Source: the human T2T-CHM13v2.0 reference genome, Homo sapiens
Assembly: GCF_009914755.1 (NCBI RefSeq)
Contig: NC_060935.1
DNA: 64,000 bases
Direction: 5' to 3' (one strand)
Made by a program: the position numbers and the translations under genes. Under the pieces are notes generated by a model. It saw nothing but the letters and a program-made list of their open reading frames with translations, did no database searches and was not told where the DNA came from. The first letter of the stretch is position 1. Each line of letters opens with the position of its first letter. Shown here one piece after another: positions 30,484-49,635 of the stretch.

Positions 30484-32673
30484 CTAACTTGTAGCTCCCA
30501 CTTGGATGGACAGAACAGCGTGTGGAGACTGGCATCATGAACTTTTGCTCGAAGAACTACCACAGGAACGTAACAGGGAAACCAAAAGAATTCACAGACC
30601 CTTTGAAAGAAGTGGTTTGCCATTGCAAACTCAATGAAACAGGTGAAAAACTGTGAGTGCCCAAAGTGTGAGAGGGGTAAAGTCCACCCTGAACACACAT
30701 CCTCACTACAGAACCTGAAATCCAAATCATGGGATAAGGATTTAACCTTACCAAGAGCTGAAGTGAATTTAGAGAACCAAGCAAAATATAAAGGTAGAAG
30801 AACCAAGGGGAAGAGCCCTGTAGGCACTGCCAGACCCCAGGGAAGCTATTTCTAACTTTATTTCACAGGGGTCCTGGGGAGGGCTGCCAGTAAAATGGGG
30901 GAAAGATTACAGGGAGAAGGAAACTTCCAGCCAAACTTTGTAATAATTTTGACCAAGTGCAAATTATCCAGGGCAGAATCTGGTGGTAGGGACAAATAGG
31001 AATTGCAGATACCAGCACAGAAGCTACACAAAGTGAGGAGGGACAAAGCCTGAAACCCCTGTTTGCTTTCACAATCACAAGGCTTGTTGCCTGGGGCAAG
31101 ATCTCAGCCCTGCTTACTGGCTGCCTTGATATAAATTTGGTGTTGTTGGTGGGGCATGGTAGGAGCGAGACTGCCTTTGCTAGCTGTGTGGGAGCTGAGT
31201 GAAGCCTGTCACTGCTGGCTTTCCCCCACTTCCCTGGAGACCTGTATAACACAGCAGAGGCAGCCATAATCCTCCTGAGAACAGAAGTCCATTGGCCTGA
31301 GAACCGCACCCCCATCCCCCACAGGGGCTGCAGCAAGCCCCGCCCAAGAAGAGTCTGAGTTCAGACACGCCCAACCCTGCCCCCCACCCCATGGTCTTTC
31401 TCTAACTGCCCAAAAGATATAATCCCCTGGGAGCTCTATGGCCCCACTCACTGCCTAGGAAACCCAAATACTTATCCAAATGACCTTAGGGCAAGCTTGT
31501 AGCCACCGGTATACTACTGCAGCTGATGCTCTCTTGAAAGTGCAGTCTTCATTGATGGCCAAACAACTCAAGCCATTACAGCAATTCATAAAAGAAAAAT
31601 CCTGCTCCAAAAAAGGAGAAAACAACAGCTAATTTCAACACCTGCAACATTCTGGATAATCAGAGGTCCTGAGTCAGTCCGCTTGACAACTTCACTGCTA
31701 GCACAACCAGTATTTGAGAAAGCCAGCACACTAACTAAAACTACAACCAAGGACCCTCACAGAGTCCACTTCACTCCCCTGCTAATTCCACTGGAGCAGA
31801 TGCTCGTATCCACAATTGAGAGACCTGAAGTTGGATCACATCACAGGACTCTGCAGGTACTCTCCAGTACCAGCCTGGAGCCCAGTAGATCTGCTGGGTG
31901 GCTAGACCCAGAAGAACAATAACAATCACTGCAGTCCAGCTCTCAAGAAGCTCTATCTTTAGGGGAAGAGGGAGCACACCATATCAAGGGAGCAACCCAT
32001 GGGACAAAAGAATCTGAACAGCAAGTCCCAAATCTTTCCTCTGACACCGTCTACCCGAATGAGAAATTACCAGAAAAACAATTCTGATAATATGACAAAA
32101 AAAGGTTCTCTGTCACCCCCAAAAGATCACACTAACTCATCAGCAATGAATCCAAACCAAGAAGAAATCTCTGAATTGCCAGAAAAAGAATTCAGAAGGT
32201 CGATTATTAAGCTACTCAAGGAGGCACCAGGGAAAGGTGAAAACCAATGTAAAGAAACAAAAAATAATACAGGATATGGATGAAAAGATCTCCAGAGAAA
32301 AAAAATCACAAATAAAAAATAATCACAACTTCTGGAAATGAAAGACACACTTAGAGAAATGCAAAATATACTGGAAAGTTTCCACAATAGAATTGAGCAA
32401 GTAGAAGAAAGAATTTCAGAACTTGAAGACAAGACTTCCAGCTTAACCCAATTAGACAAAGCAAAGAAAAAAGAATTTTAAAAAGTGAATAAATCCTCTA
32501 AGGAGCTTGGGATTATGTTAATCAACCAAACCTAAGAATAATTGGTGTTCCAGAGGAAGAAGAGAAATCTAAAAAAGTTTGGAAAACTTATTTGAGGGAA
32601 TAATTGAGGAAAACTTTCCCAGTTTTGCTAGAAATCTAGACATCCAAACACAAGAAGCTCAAAGATCACCTGG

Positions 32674-33034
32674 TGATATGCTTTGGCTGTGTCCCTACCA
32701 AAATCTCGTCTTGAATTGTAGCTTCCATAATCCCCATGTGTCACGGGAGGGACGCAGTGAGGGGTAATTGAATCATGCAGGTGGGTTTTTCCCATGCTCT
32801 TCTCGTGATAGAGAATAAATCTCAAGAGATCTGGTGGTTTTATAAAGTTCCCCTGCACATGCTCCTTTGCCTTCCACCATGTAAGATGTGCCTTTGCTCC
32901 TCCTTCATCTTCTGACATGATTGTTAGGCCTCCCCAGCCATGTGAAACTGAGTCCATTAAACCTTTTTTATAAATTTATAAATTACCCAGTCTCGGGTAT
33001 GTCTTTATTAGCAGCATGAGAACAGACTAATACA
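32674..33034 (+). mobile_element. THE1 (B/C-like) solo LTR inserted in L1PB ORF1
   Basis: TGATATG..GACTAATACA, 361 bp; CCTGG-like TSD. Confidence 0.9.
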
Positions 33035-33639
33035 CCCTGGAAATTCATCACAAAAAGATAATCATCTAGGCACATAGTCATCAGGTTATCTAAAGTCAAG
33101 ATGAAGAAAAGAATCTTAAGAGCTCTGAGGCAAAAGCATCATGTAACCTAAAAAGGAAAATCTATCAGATTAACAGCAGATTTGTCAGCGGAAATCCCAC
33201 AAGCTAGAAGAGACTGGGGTTCTACCTTTAGACTCCTTAAGCAAAACAATTATCAGCCAAGAACTTTCTATCCAGTGAAGCTAAGCCTCATAAATGAAGG
33301 AAAGGTAGTCTTTTACAGACAAACGAAGGCTGAGAGAATTCACCACTACCAAGCCATCACTATAGTAAATGCTAAAAGGAATTCTAAACCTTGAAAGAAA
33401 ACCTCAAAATACACCAAAATAGAACCTTCTTAAAGAATAAATCTCACAGGGCCTATGAAACAATAACACAATTAAAAAAAAAAACCAAGATATTCAGGCA
33501 ACAACTAGCACAATGAATAGAATAGTGCCTCACATGTCAACACTAACATTGAACGTAAATAGCCTAAATGCTCCACTTATACAGTGGCAGGATGGATAAG
33601 AATTCACCAATCAAGTATCTGCTGTCTTCAAGAGACTCA

Positions 33640-34033
<394 letters not shown>

Positions 34034-36618
34034 TTATTCTTATATTAGACAAAACAGACTTTAAAGCAACAACTGTTAAAAAAGACAAAGAGGGACATTA
34101 TATAATGAAAAAGGACTAGTCCAACAGGAAATTATCACAGTCCTAAATATATATGCACCTAACCCTGGTGCTCCCAAATTTATAAAGCAATTACTACTAG
34201 GCCTAAGAAATGAGACAGATGGCAACACAATAATAGTGGGGGACATCAATACCCCACTGACAACACTAGACAGGTCATCAAGACAGACAGTCAACAAAGA
34301 AACAATGGACTTAAACTATACCCTAGAATAAATTAACTTGAAAGCTATTTATAGAACATTCTACCCAGCAACTGCAGAGTATATATTCCATTCATCAGCA
34401 CATGGAACATTCTCCAAGATAAACCATATGATAGGCAACAAAACAAGACTCAGTAAATTTAAGAAAATCAAAATTATTATATCAAGTACTATCTCAGATC
34501 ACAGTGGAAGAAAATTGGAAATCAGCTCAAAAAGGAAGCCTCAAAACGATGCAAATGCATGGAAATTAAATAATCTGCTCCTGAATGATTGTGGAGTCAA
34601 CAGTGAAATCAAGATGGAAATTTAAAAATTCTTTGAGCTGAACAATAATAGTGACACAACCTATCAAAACTTCTGGAATGCAGTGAAAGCAGTACTAAGA
34701 GGAAAGTTCATAGCATTAAATGCCTATATCAAAAAGTCTGAAAGAGCACAAACAGACAATCTAAGGTCACATCTCAAGGAATCAGAGAAACAGGAAAGAA
34801 CCAAACCCAAATTCAGCAGAAGAAAAGAAATAACAAAAATCAGAGCAGAACTGAATGAAATTGAAACAACAATAGCAAAAAAAAATACAAAAGATAAATG
34901 AAACAAAAAGTTGGTTCCTTAAAAAGCTAAGCAAAATTGATAGACCATTAGCAAGATAAATCAAGAAAAGAAGAGAGAAGATCCAAATAATCTCAATTAG
35001 AAATGAAATGGGAGATATTACAACCAATTCCACAGAAATACAAAAGAACACTCAAGGCTACTGTGAACACCTTTACACACACAAACTAGAAAACCTAGAG
35101 GAGATGGATAAATTCCTGGAAATATACAACTCTCATAGATTAAAACAGGAAGAAATAGAATCACTGAATAGACCAATAAGAAGCAGTGAGATTGAAATGG
35201 CAATAAAAAGATTGCTAACAACAACAAAAAAAGTCTAGGACCAGCTAGATTCACAGCTGAATTCTATCAGACATTCGAAGAAGAATTCATACCAATCTTC
35301 TTGACACTATTCTAAAAGATAGAGAAAGACGGAATCCTCCCTAAATTATTCTGTGAAGCCAGTATCACCCTAATACCAGAACAAGGAAAGGACATAACCA
35401 AAAAATAAAACTACAGACCGATATCCCTGATGAACGTAGATGCGAAAATTCTTAACAAAATACTAGCTAACAGAATCCAACAGCATATCAAAAAGATAAT
35501 CCACTATAATCAAGTGGGTTTTATATTAGGGATGCAGGGATGGTTTAACATATGCAAGTCAATACATGTGATATACTGCATAAACAGAACTAAAAACACA
35601 GTTCACATAATCATATCAACAGATGCAGAAAAATCATTTGACAAAATCCAGCATGCCTGTATGACTAAAACCCTCAAAACAATTGGCATTGAAGGGACAC
35701 ACCTTGTGGTCATAAAAGCCATCTAGGACATACCCACCACCAACATTATGCAGGACAGGAAAAAGTTGAAGGCATTCCCCCTGATAACGGGAACAAAACA
35801 AGGATGCCCACTTTTCACCACTTCTATTAAAAATAGTACTAAAGTCCTAGCCAGAACAGTCAGACAAGAGAGAGAAATCAAGTGCATCCAAATAGGTAAA
35901 GAGGAAGTCAAACTGTCGCTATTCACTGATGAGATGATCACATACCTGGAAAACACAAAAGATGCATCTCAAAGACTCCTAGATTTGATAAATAAATTCA
36001 GTAAATTTCAGGATACAAAATAAATGTACACAAATCAGTAGCACTGCCATACACCAACAGCAACCAAGCTGAGAACCAAATTAAGAATGCAACCCATTTT
36101 ACAATAGCCACCAAAAAACAAACAAACAAACAAAAACTTAGAAATATACCTAACCAAGGATGTTAAAGACCTCTGCAAGGAAAACTACAAAACACTGCTG
36201 AAATAAATCATAGAAGACACAAACAAATGAAAGCATAACAGAGGATCCAAGATGGCCGAATAGGAACAGCTCCGGTCTACAGCTCCCAGCGTGAGCGACG
36301 CAGAAGACGGGTGATTTCTGCATTTCCATCTGAGCTTTGAAGAGAGCAGTGGTTCTCCCAGCACGCAGCTGGAGATCTGAGAACGGGCAGACTGCCTCCT
36401 CAAGTGGGTCCCTGACCCCTGACCCCCGAGCAGCCTAACTGGGAGGCACCCCCCAGCAGGGGCAGACTGACACCTCACATGGCCAGGTACTCCAACAGAA
36501 CCGCAGGTGAGGGTCCTGTCTGTTAGAAGGAAAACTAACAAACAGAAAGGACATCCACACCAAAAACCCATCTGTACATCACCATCATCAAAGACCAAAA
36601 GTAGATAAAACCACAAAG

Positions 36619-37635
36619 ATGGGGAAAAAACAGAACAGAAAAACTGGAAACTCTAAAAAGCAGAGCACCTCTCCTCCTCCAAAGGAACGCAGTTCCTCAC
36701 CAGCAGCGGAACAAAGCTGGACCGAGAATGACTTTGACGAGCTGAGAGAAGAAGGCTTCAGACGATCAAATTACTCCGAGCTATGGGAGGACATTCAAAC
36801 CAAAGGCAAAGAAGTTGAAAACTTTGAAAAAAATTTAGAGGAATGTATAACTAGAATAACCAATACAGAGAAGTGCTTAAAGGAGCTGATGGAGCTGAAA
36901 ACCAAGGCTCGAGAACTACGTGAAGAATGCAGAAGCCTCAGGAGCCGATGCGATCAACTGGAAGAAAGGGTATCAGCGATGGAAGATGAAATGAATGAAA
37001 TGAAGCGAGAAGGGAAGTTTAGAGAAAAAAGAATAAAAAGAAAGGAGCAAAGCCTCCAAGAAATATGGGACTATGTGAAAAGACCAAATCTACGTCTGAT
37101 TTGTGTACCTGAAAGTGACGGGGAGAACGGAACCAAGTTCGAAAACACTCTGCAGGATATTATCCAGGAGAACTTCCCCAATCTAGCAGGGCAGGCCAAC
37201 GTTCAGATTCAGGAAATACAGAGAACGCCATAAAGATACTCCTTGAGAAGAGCAACTCCAAGACACATAATTGTCAGATTCACCAAAGTTGAAAGGAAGG
37301 AAAAAATGTTAAGGGCAGCCAGAGAGAAAGGTCGGATTACCCTCAAAGGGAAGCCCATCAGATTAACAGCAGATCTCTCGGCAGAAACCCTACAAGCCAG
37401 AAGAGAGTGGGGGCCAATATTCAACATTCTTAAAGAAAAGAATTTTCAACCCAGAATTTCATATCCAGCCAAACTAAGCTTCATAAGTGAAGGAGAAATA
37501 AAATACTTTACAGACAAGCAAATGCTGAGAGATTTTGTTACCACCAGGCCTGCTCTAAAAGAGTTCCTGAAGGAAGTGCTAAACATGGAAAGGAACAACC
37601 GGTACCAGCTGCTGCAAAATCATGCCAAAATGTAA
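36619..37635 (+). pseudogene. L1 ORF1p, disrupted by premature TAA at 37231-37233
   Basis: MGKKQNRKTGNSK..QNHAKM in one frame with one internal stop. Confidence 0.93.
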
Positions 37636-37698
37636 AGACCATCGAGACTAGGAAGAAACTGCATCAACTAAAGAGCAAAATAACCAGCTAACATCATA

Positions 37699-41528
<3,830 letters not shown>

Positions 41529-43782
41529 ACAATGAGAACACATGGACACAGGAAGGGGAACGTCACACTCTGGGGACTGTTGTGGGGTGGGGGGAGGGGG
41601 GAGGGATAGCATTGGGAGATATACCTAATGCTAGATGACGAGTTAGTGGGTGCAGTGCACCAGCATGGCACATGTATACATATGTAACTAACCTGCACAT
41701 TGTGCACATGTACCCTAAAACTTAAAGTATAATAATAATAATAAATAAATAAATAAATAAATAAATAAAAAGAAAGCATATCCCATGCTCATGGATAGGT
41801 AGAATCAATATTGTGAAAATGATCATACTGCCAAAAGCAATCTACAAATTCATTGCAATTCCTATCAAAATACCACCATCCTTCTTCACAGAACTAGAAA
41901 AAAAAATCGTAAAATTTACATGGAACCAAAAAAGCCATACCGAGATTAAGCAAAAAGTACAAACCTGGAGGCATCACACTACCCAACTTCAAACTAGACT
42001 ATTAATATAAGGCTATAGTCACCAAAACTGCATGGTACCGGTATATAAATAGACAGACTAATGGAACAGAATAGAGAACCCAGAAATAAAGCCAAATACT
42101 TACAGTCAAGTGATCTTCAAAAAATTAAACAAAAACCTATAGTGAAGAAAGGACATGCTGTTCAACAAATGGTGCTGGGATAAATGGCAAGCCACATGTA
42201 GAAGAATGAAACTGGATCCTCATCTCTCACCTTATACAAAAATCAACTCAAGATGGATCAAAGACTTAATCTAAGACCTGAAACTATAAAAATTCTAGAA
42301 GGTAACATCAGAAAAACCCTCCTAGAAATTGGCTTAGGCAAAGAGTTCATGACCAAGAGCCCAAAAGAAAATGCAACAAGAACAAAGATGAATAGATGAG
42401 ACTTAATTAAACTAAAAAGCTTCTGCAGAGTGAAAGAAATAATCAGCAGAGTAAACAGACAACCACAGAGAGGGAGAAAATCTTTGCAAACCATACATCC
42501 AACAAAGGAGTAATATCCAGAATCTGCAAGGAACTCAAACAAACCAGCAAGAAAAAAACAAATAATCCCATCAAAAAGTGGGCAAATGACATGAATAGCA
42601 AATTCTCAAAAGAAGATATACAAATGGCCAACACACATATGAAAAAATGCTCAACATCACTAATTATCAGGGAAATGCAAATCAAAACCTCAATACAATA
42701 ATAACACTTTACTCCTGTAAGAATGACTGTAATTTAAAAATCAAAAACCAGTAGATGTTGGTATGGATATGGTGAAAAGGGGACACTATTATACTGCTAG
42801 TGAGAATGTAAACTAGTATACCCACTATGGAAAACAGTGTAGAGAGTCCTTAAAGAACAAAAAGTAGAACTATCATTTAATCCAGCAATCCCACAACAGA
42901 ATATCTACCCAGAGGACAAGAAATTATTATATGAAAAGGACACTTGCACATGCATGTTTATAGCAGCACAATTCACAATTGCAAAAATATGGAATCAGCC
43001 CAAATGCCCATCAATCAACAAGCGGATAAAGAAAATGTGGTATGTATATATACCATGAAATACTACTCAGCCATAAAAAGGAACAAAATAATGGCATTCA
43101 CAGCAACCTGGATGGAGTTGGAGACCATTATTCTAAGTGAAGTAATTCAGGAATGGAAAACCAAACATCATATGTTCTCACTTATAAGTGGGACCTAAGC
43201 TATGAGGATGCAAAGGCATAAGAATGATACAATGCACTTTGGGGCCTTGAGGGGAAGGTTGGGAGGGGTGTGAAGGATAAAAGACTACACACTGGGTACA
43301 GTGTACACTGCTCAGGTGATGGGTGCACCAAAATCTCAGAAATTACACCAAAAGTACTTATCTATACAACAAAACACCACTTATTCCCCAAGAACCTATT
43401 GAAATTTTAAAAATTAAAAATTTAAATAAATAAAGTTCAGTGTGATGAGAAGTAAATAAATACATAAATAAATAATTCAGTGTCATGAAATCCTAAGAAA
43501 GACTCAAGAAGTATTCCAGAATAAAGGAGACTAAAGAGAAATGACGACTGAATACAATGCATGATATTGGATTTTCTTTTTACAAAGGACTTTGTTAAGG
43601 CCTTAGAGGAAATTTGAATAAGGCATGTAGATTAGATAAGCATATTGTATCAATGGTGATTTCCTGATTTTGATAATATACTACTTTTATGTGAAAGAAT
43701 TTCTGTAATTTTAGGAAAAAATGACTAAAGTATTTAGGAGTAAACAGGCATCCAATTTACAACTTACCCTTAAAGATTATAC

Positions 43783-43796
43783 ACGCACACACAAAA

Positions 43797-43828
<32 letters not shown>
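43783..43828. repeat. Short (CA)n then (TG)n microsatellite
   Basis: Read directly. Confidence 0.85.
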
Positions 43829-43831
<3 letters not shown>

Positions 43832-43914
43832 AGGGAAAGAGATAGAGCAAATAAATTGTTAACATTTGGGGAATATGAGTAATGGGTATCCAGAAAGTTT
43901 TTTGTAGTATTTTT

Positions 43915-44853
<939 letters not shown>

Positions 44854-45733
44854 TTACAAATTTTCTGTTAGCCTGAAATTATTTCAAAAGTTAAAAATTA
44901 AAAAGGTGATTATTAATTTTTTGGCTTGTCCAACCAGATTTTAATTACTGAAGTGAGGAATATTCTGAGAAGGGTTTCCCACTCTATCCCTGCCCCTCAA
45001 GTTCTGGTGCTGGGGCTTTCCATTTCAATATTCACTACTGGTTTCATGTGTTTGAGGACCCTGGACTTCTATAAAGTGGGAAGAAGAAACAGCCAATGTG
45101 ATTTCTCCTGACAAATACATAGGACTTACTTAAATGTAGATGCTGGTCCACAGGATTTGACTGGCTTCTGTGCTTTGATTTGGCTTCCCAGTGGCTTACT
45201 GTTGCTGTTCACCAATGTGTTAGGCAATGTCCTTATCTAGAACGCTTCATCTGATACTCCACCACACACCCAATCATTATGTATATTAAATTAGATCTAT
45301 TGCCCTGACCACATCTGAAATCACACTCTGTTCCCTACCTCTGCTCTACTCTCAACCTAGGCATCCTCTTCTACTTCTACAGGGGCTTGAACTTCAAGTG
45401 GTATTTTTGGTCTCTAATCTTTGTCCAGTTCTATTACATAAAACCTTTGCCCTGCTCTCTCTAATTCATACCTTTATTCTTGATTTTTCAAACACCTATC
45501 TGGGGAATCAGAGAATTATGGGCTGCAGATAAAATTTTGAGTAGTGCCGGCTTTATAGTTGATAATTCAAGCTTTTGTTTTGTATGAATTTGTCTAGGAA
45601 AAATTGTAGTGAGAAGACTAGAGAGACATGAGGATCTCCCAGTATTTAACAGGTAAAATATTCACTTATTAAATTATAGGCATTGTATATATTTTTATAT
45701 TATAATTGCAATGAAAAATTAAAAACAAAGATA

Positions 45734-46060
45734 CCGTAGTCCCTCCTTATCCACGGGCATTATGTTCCAAGATCCCCAGTGGATGCCTGAAACCACAGAT
45801 AGAACCAAATTTTATCTACACTAAGCTTTTACCTATACTTACATTCGATAAAGTTTAATTTCTAAGTTAGGCACAGTATGAGATTAACGAAAATAACTAA
45901 TAATAAAATAGAACAATTAGAACAATATACTGTAATTAACGTTGTGAATGCGGTCTCTCTGTCTTTCTCTCTCTCAAAATATCTTAATGTTTTCAGACCA
46001 TAGTTGACCATGAGTAACTGAAACTGTGGAAAGTGAAACCATGGATAAGAGGGTCTACTA
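45734..46060. mobile_element. MER44A-like Tigger (TcMar) MITE
   Basis: TIRs CCGTAGTCCCTCCTTATCCACGG / CCATGGATAAGAGGGTCTACTA; TA on both sides; 327 bp. Confidence 0.85.
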
Positions 46061-47911
46061 TAATAACAGTGCTATGTGTAACTTCCAAAGTATGGTAGAA
46101 AACTAAACAATATGGACGAGGGAGTAGAGCTTATAGTTAAATGGAAAGAACATTGAGCCAGGAGTCAGGATTTGGTACCTCAGTTCTAGTCTTGTCTCAG
46201 CCACTATCCTGGTTACTAAAGATCAGTCAGCCTCTCTGGTTCTCAGATGAAGAGGTCATAAGCTACCTGGCTCCTGAAGTTTCTTCCAGCCATCTCTAAA
46301 TGTCTATGTCTATCTCTTAAAAGTTTACTTAGTGAGACAATTTTTCATGGTCTTCTTTAGGATATTTGTAGTGTCTTTCAACCTAGAGATTCTATGATTT
46401 CATGAATTATTTTCAGATTAACTGAAAATTATTTTCACCCTGAGGAAAAAGAATTGATCAAACATGAGCTATAGCAATCAGTTAAACTGACTTAGTGACT
46501 TATCCTCATTATTGCAGAGTTCACAGTTGCTGTAAATCTCATTAAATCACAGCAAAGTACACTTATGTTGACATAGTGGTAAAATGAATAGTCATTAATT
46601 GGAGGAGAGGAGATAACTTCATTTTTTCTTATCATAAAAGTAAAAAATTCTTATTGGAAAAGAAATTAGAAATGCAGAATATTATAAAGAAGAAACTAAA
46701 GATCACCCACAATTCAGTTGCCGGAAATAACTTCTCACAACATTATTAAACATTACTTTTTAAATACTATCCTAAAGCAATAGTTAGTTATATATATATT
46801 ATATATGTTTACAATGGCATTATCATAATGAAAAATTGAGAATTACTCCATCTATAGAGGACCGATTAAATAAATCATTAGCCATCTATACAGAGTACTA
46901 TTACATTAGAAAGTGTGAGCTGTTTGCTTGAGTTAGCACTTGATCACAATCAACTACAGGGCTTAACTCAATTGTGATGCATCTTGGCACTGCATGCTGT
47001 GGATTACTAGTACTCCCCTTCTAATCAGCATACATTTAGTGCTTCATTCAAGGCCAAGGACATGACTAAACCAATCCCAATAGTTCATCATTGTGGTGTA
47101 TTTTTAGCAAGGGATCACTTTTAGTACTAAGTAGAGAATCATTTTGGGTTGAAGCAGGAAAACAAAAACCACAGTAGGTATTTCAACAGACAAATTTTAT
47201 TAAAAGGAACTGATCAAATAGTATTGGCAAATTGAAAAATGAGGACACTGAAGTAACACATAGCTTTGTCTAAGCCCATTGAACAGAATATCTTGAAAAA
47301 TGGGAAGAGGATACTAAAATAACACATAGCTTGCACCTGCGTGAAGCCCTACCACCTCAGTGATAAAAGAACCACAAAGATAAAAGGTTAGAGTAGCACC
47401 TGAAACTTGGAGAGGCCCTCCAGAGCTGGGACGATCTCTGAAGAAGGATGGTGACGGTGCCTCGGCAGCTCAAAGGAGGAGCCTGTGAAGTGGGGACATT
47501 AATGTTTCTTATTTTATAAGGTTCTTATGTAGATTAAATGAGATTATGCATGTGAAGCTCTAACTGTAATTATTGGTGGGAAGTAATGTAGGCCAGTAGT
47601 TAAGTGCAGAAACCATAAATCGGGCTGCCTGGGTTGAAATCTTATTTCTGAGAAGACCAGCACGTCATAGCAATTCCCTTTACTTTCTTGTTATCATAGT
47701 GACTATACATTGATTGCAATTCACTAAATCTTACTAGAATAGCAAACTGGACTATTTGTGATTAGATAGATACAAACTCTGACATGTTAGTAGTATAATT
47801 TTTCCCATATCACAGCTTAGAAAACTGAGGTATAGGTATTTTTAAGGCTACATAGCTCATAAGTGGTAGAACCTCTATTGAATCAGAATTTTCCATAATA
47901 TTTATCACCTT

Positions 47912-48297
47912 ATTTCTTAGTTCATTTGTGCTATTATAACAAAATGCCACAGACTGGGTAATGTATAATGAACATAAATTTATTGGCTCACAGTTCTGGA
48001 GGCTGGGAACTCTAATATCAAGGTGCCAGCAGGTTTGGCAATTCTGATTCCAAGATGGTGCCTTAAATGATGCCTCCTCTGGAGGGGAGGAACACTTTGT
48101 CTTCACATGGCAGAAGGCAGAATGAAGAGACAAAAGGGGGCCCAATTTACCCTTTTATAAAGTCATAAATCCCACCCATGAGGGCAGAGTCCTCATGGCC
48201 TAATCAACCTCTTAAAGGGGTCACCTCTTAATACTGTTACAATGGCAGTTAAATTTCAACATGAGTTTTGGAAGGGACAAACATTCAAACCACAGCA
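47912..48297 (-). mobile_element. MaLR solo LTR (MSTC/MSTD/MLT1A-like)
   Basis: CACAGACTGGGTAAT..GGCTCACAGTTCTGGAGGCTGGGAA..CAAACATTCAAACCACAGCA. Confidence 0.8.
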
Positions 48298-49635
48298 CCA
48301 TCTAATACATTATGTATTTTTACTTATTTATCTCCCTCTACCCACTGGATTATAAGCTTCATGAGAACAAGTTATTCATTCATTCCTTCTTTCATTTATT
48401 TATGTATTTACTGCTATATTTCAAGCCCTTTGAACAGAGACTGGCACATAATAAGCATTAAATAAATATTTGTTGATTGAATATGAACCAAGTAGGGACC
48501 CAGAGAAAGAACTATACATATTATCTCACTTTATAATGGCTACAATGTTGAGATAGTAGAGTATGTATTATTTTGCCTCAATTTTATAGAAAAAAACTTC
48601 ATATTAACAAAGTGAAATAAATGGTTTAAATCACAGATGTAGAAGAGCCTAGACCTCAGGATTACCAGCCCATAGATTTTTCCCATTATAAAACAGTCTA
48701 TTCTTAAAATTTGAGGTAAAAGTCAAAAAAGATAATCAGAGAAAAGTGTGAAAAATAGGTAATAGGCTCATAATAAAATCTTTATGAAGTCAGTGCATCC
48801 CCGACCGCTGTGGAGAATGCTGTAGTGGAATAATGAGCTATTTCACTATTATCGTTTTCAGCAGACTGTCAGCATAGCTTTCTCTCTCATCTCAATATTT
48901 CTAAGAATGTAGTTTCAACCCTAAGTCAAAATTACTTAGTAAAATTTCTGGGTTTTTTTGTATCCAGAAATCATTACTAACTTTATTTGAAAACCACACA
49001 CACACAAAAAGATTCAAAATGTGTCTACTTTAGGTTTCCCAAATAGCAGCTTGAGTTATAATCACTAATTAAATATTTAAAGACTTCAAAGCAGCATTTA
49101 GAGAAATAAGTGGGTAAATGTAACATGGCCATTGTACTTGAACCTCACAGCGTTTTGTAAATCTTCAATTAATTAGTGTTTATAAGCTACCATGAGATCA
49201 TTGGATAAACAATAGATAATAATAATTAAGTGTTATTATTACATGAAATGCATTATTACATTTAAGTGCTCATGAAAATTGCTAAAATTAAAGAGTGCCG
49301 AATGGCAAAGCCCATACAAATAATTTAAAGTGTGTATCATTCCTTTAGTCTGAGCCCTGAGAGATGTTTGAAATTGGTTAACCGCCATGAAAAGTTGAAA
49401 TGTTTTTATGGATGAGGAAACAGAAGTACAAAGAGATAAAGAGCACACACAGCTAGAAACAAAGCATGGTTTTCCTTGATCCCAACCTGGCACAAAGATA
49501 CAGAATCATAATTGAGGCAAGACCCACTTACCAAACAAAACAATAAAGAAACAAGTTGTAAGCTCTAGTTGATAGCAATCAGCATAAACTTGCTTTGCAA
49601 AAACTAGCAGGTCTTTGTTTTTAAAATAACTGCTT

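Noticed and set aside
46928-46978. Two interleaved stems (TGAGTTA/TAACTCA and ATCACAAT/ATTGTGAT) suggesting a pseudoknot
   Set aside because: Short AT-rich stems, atypical loop geometry and no independent sign of an RNA gene
47231-47332. Imperfect ~35-bp direct repeat (TTGAAAAATG..TAACACATAGCTT)
   Set aside because: Ordinary local duplication within a probable old LTR remnant
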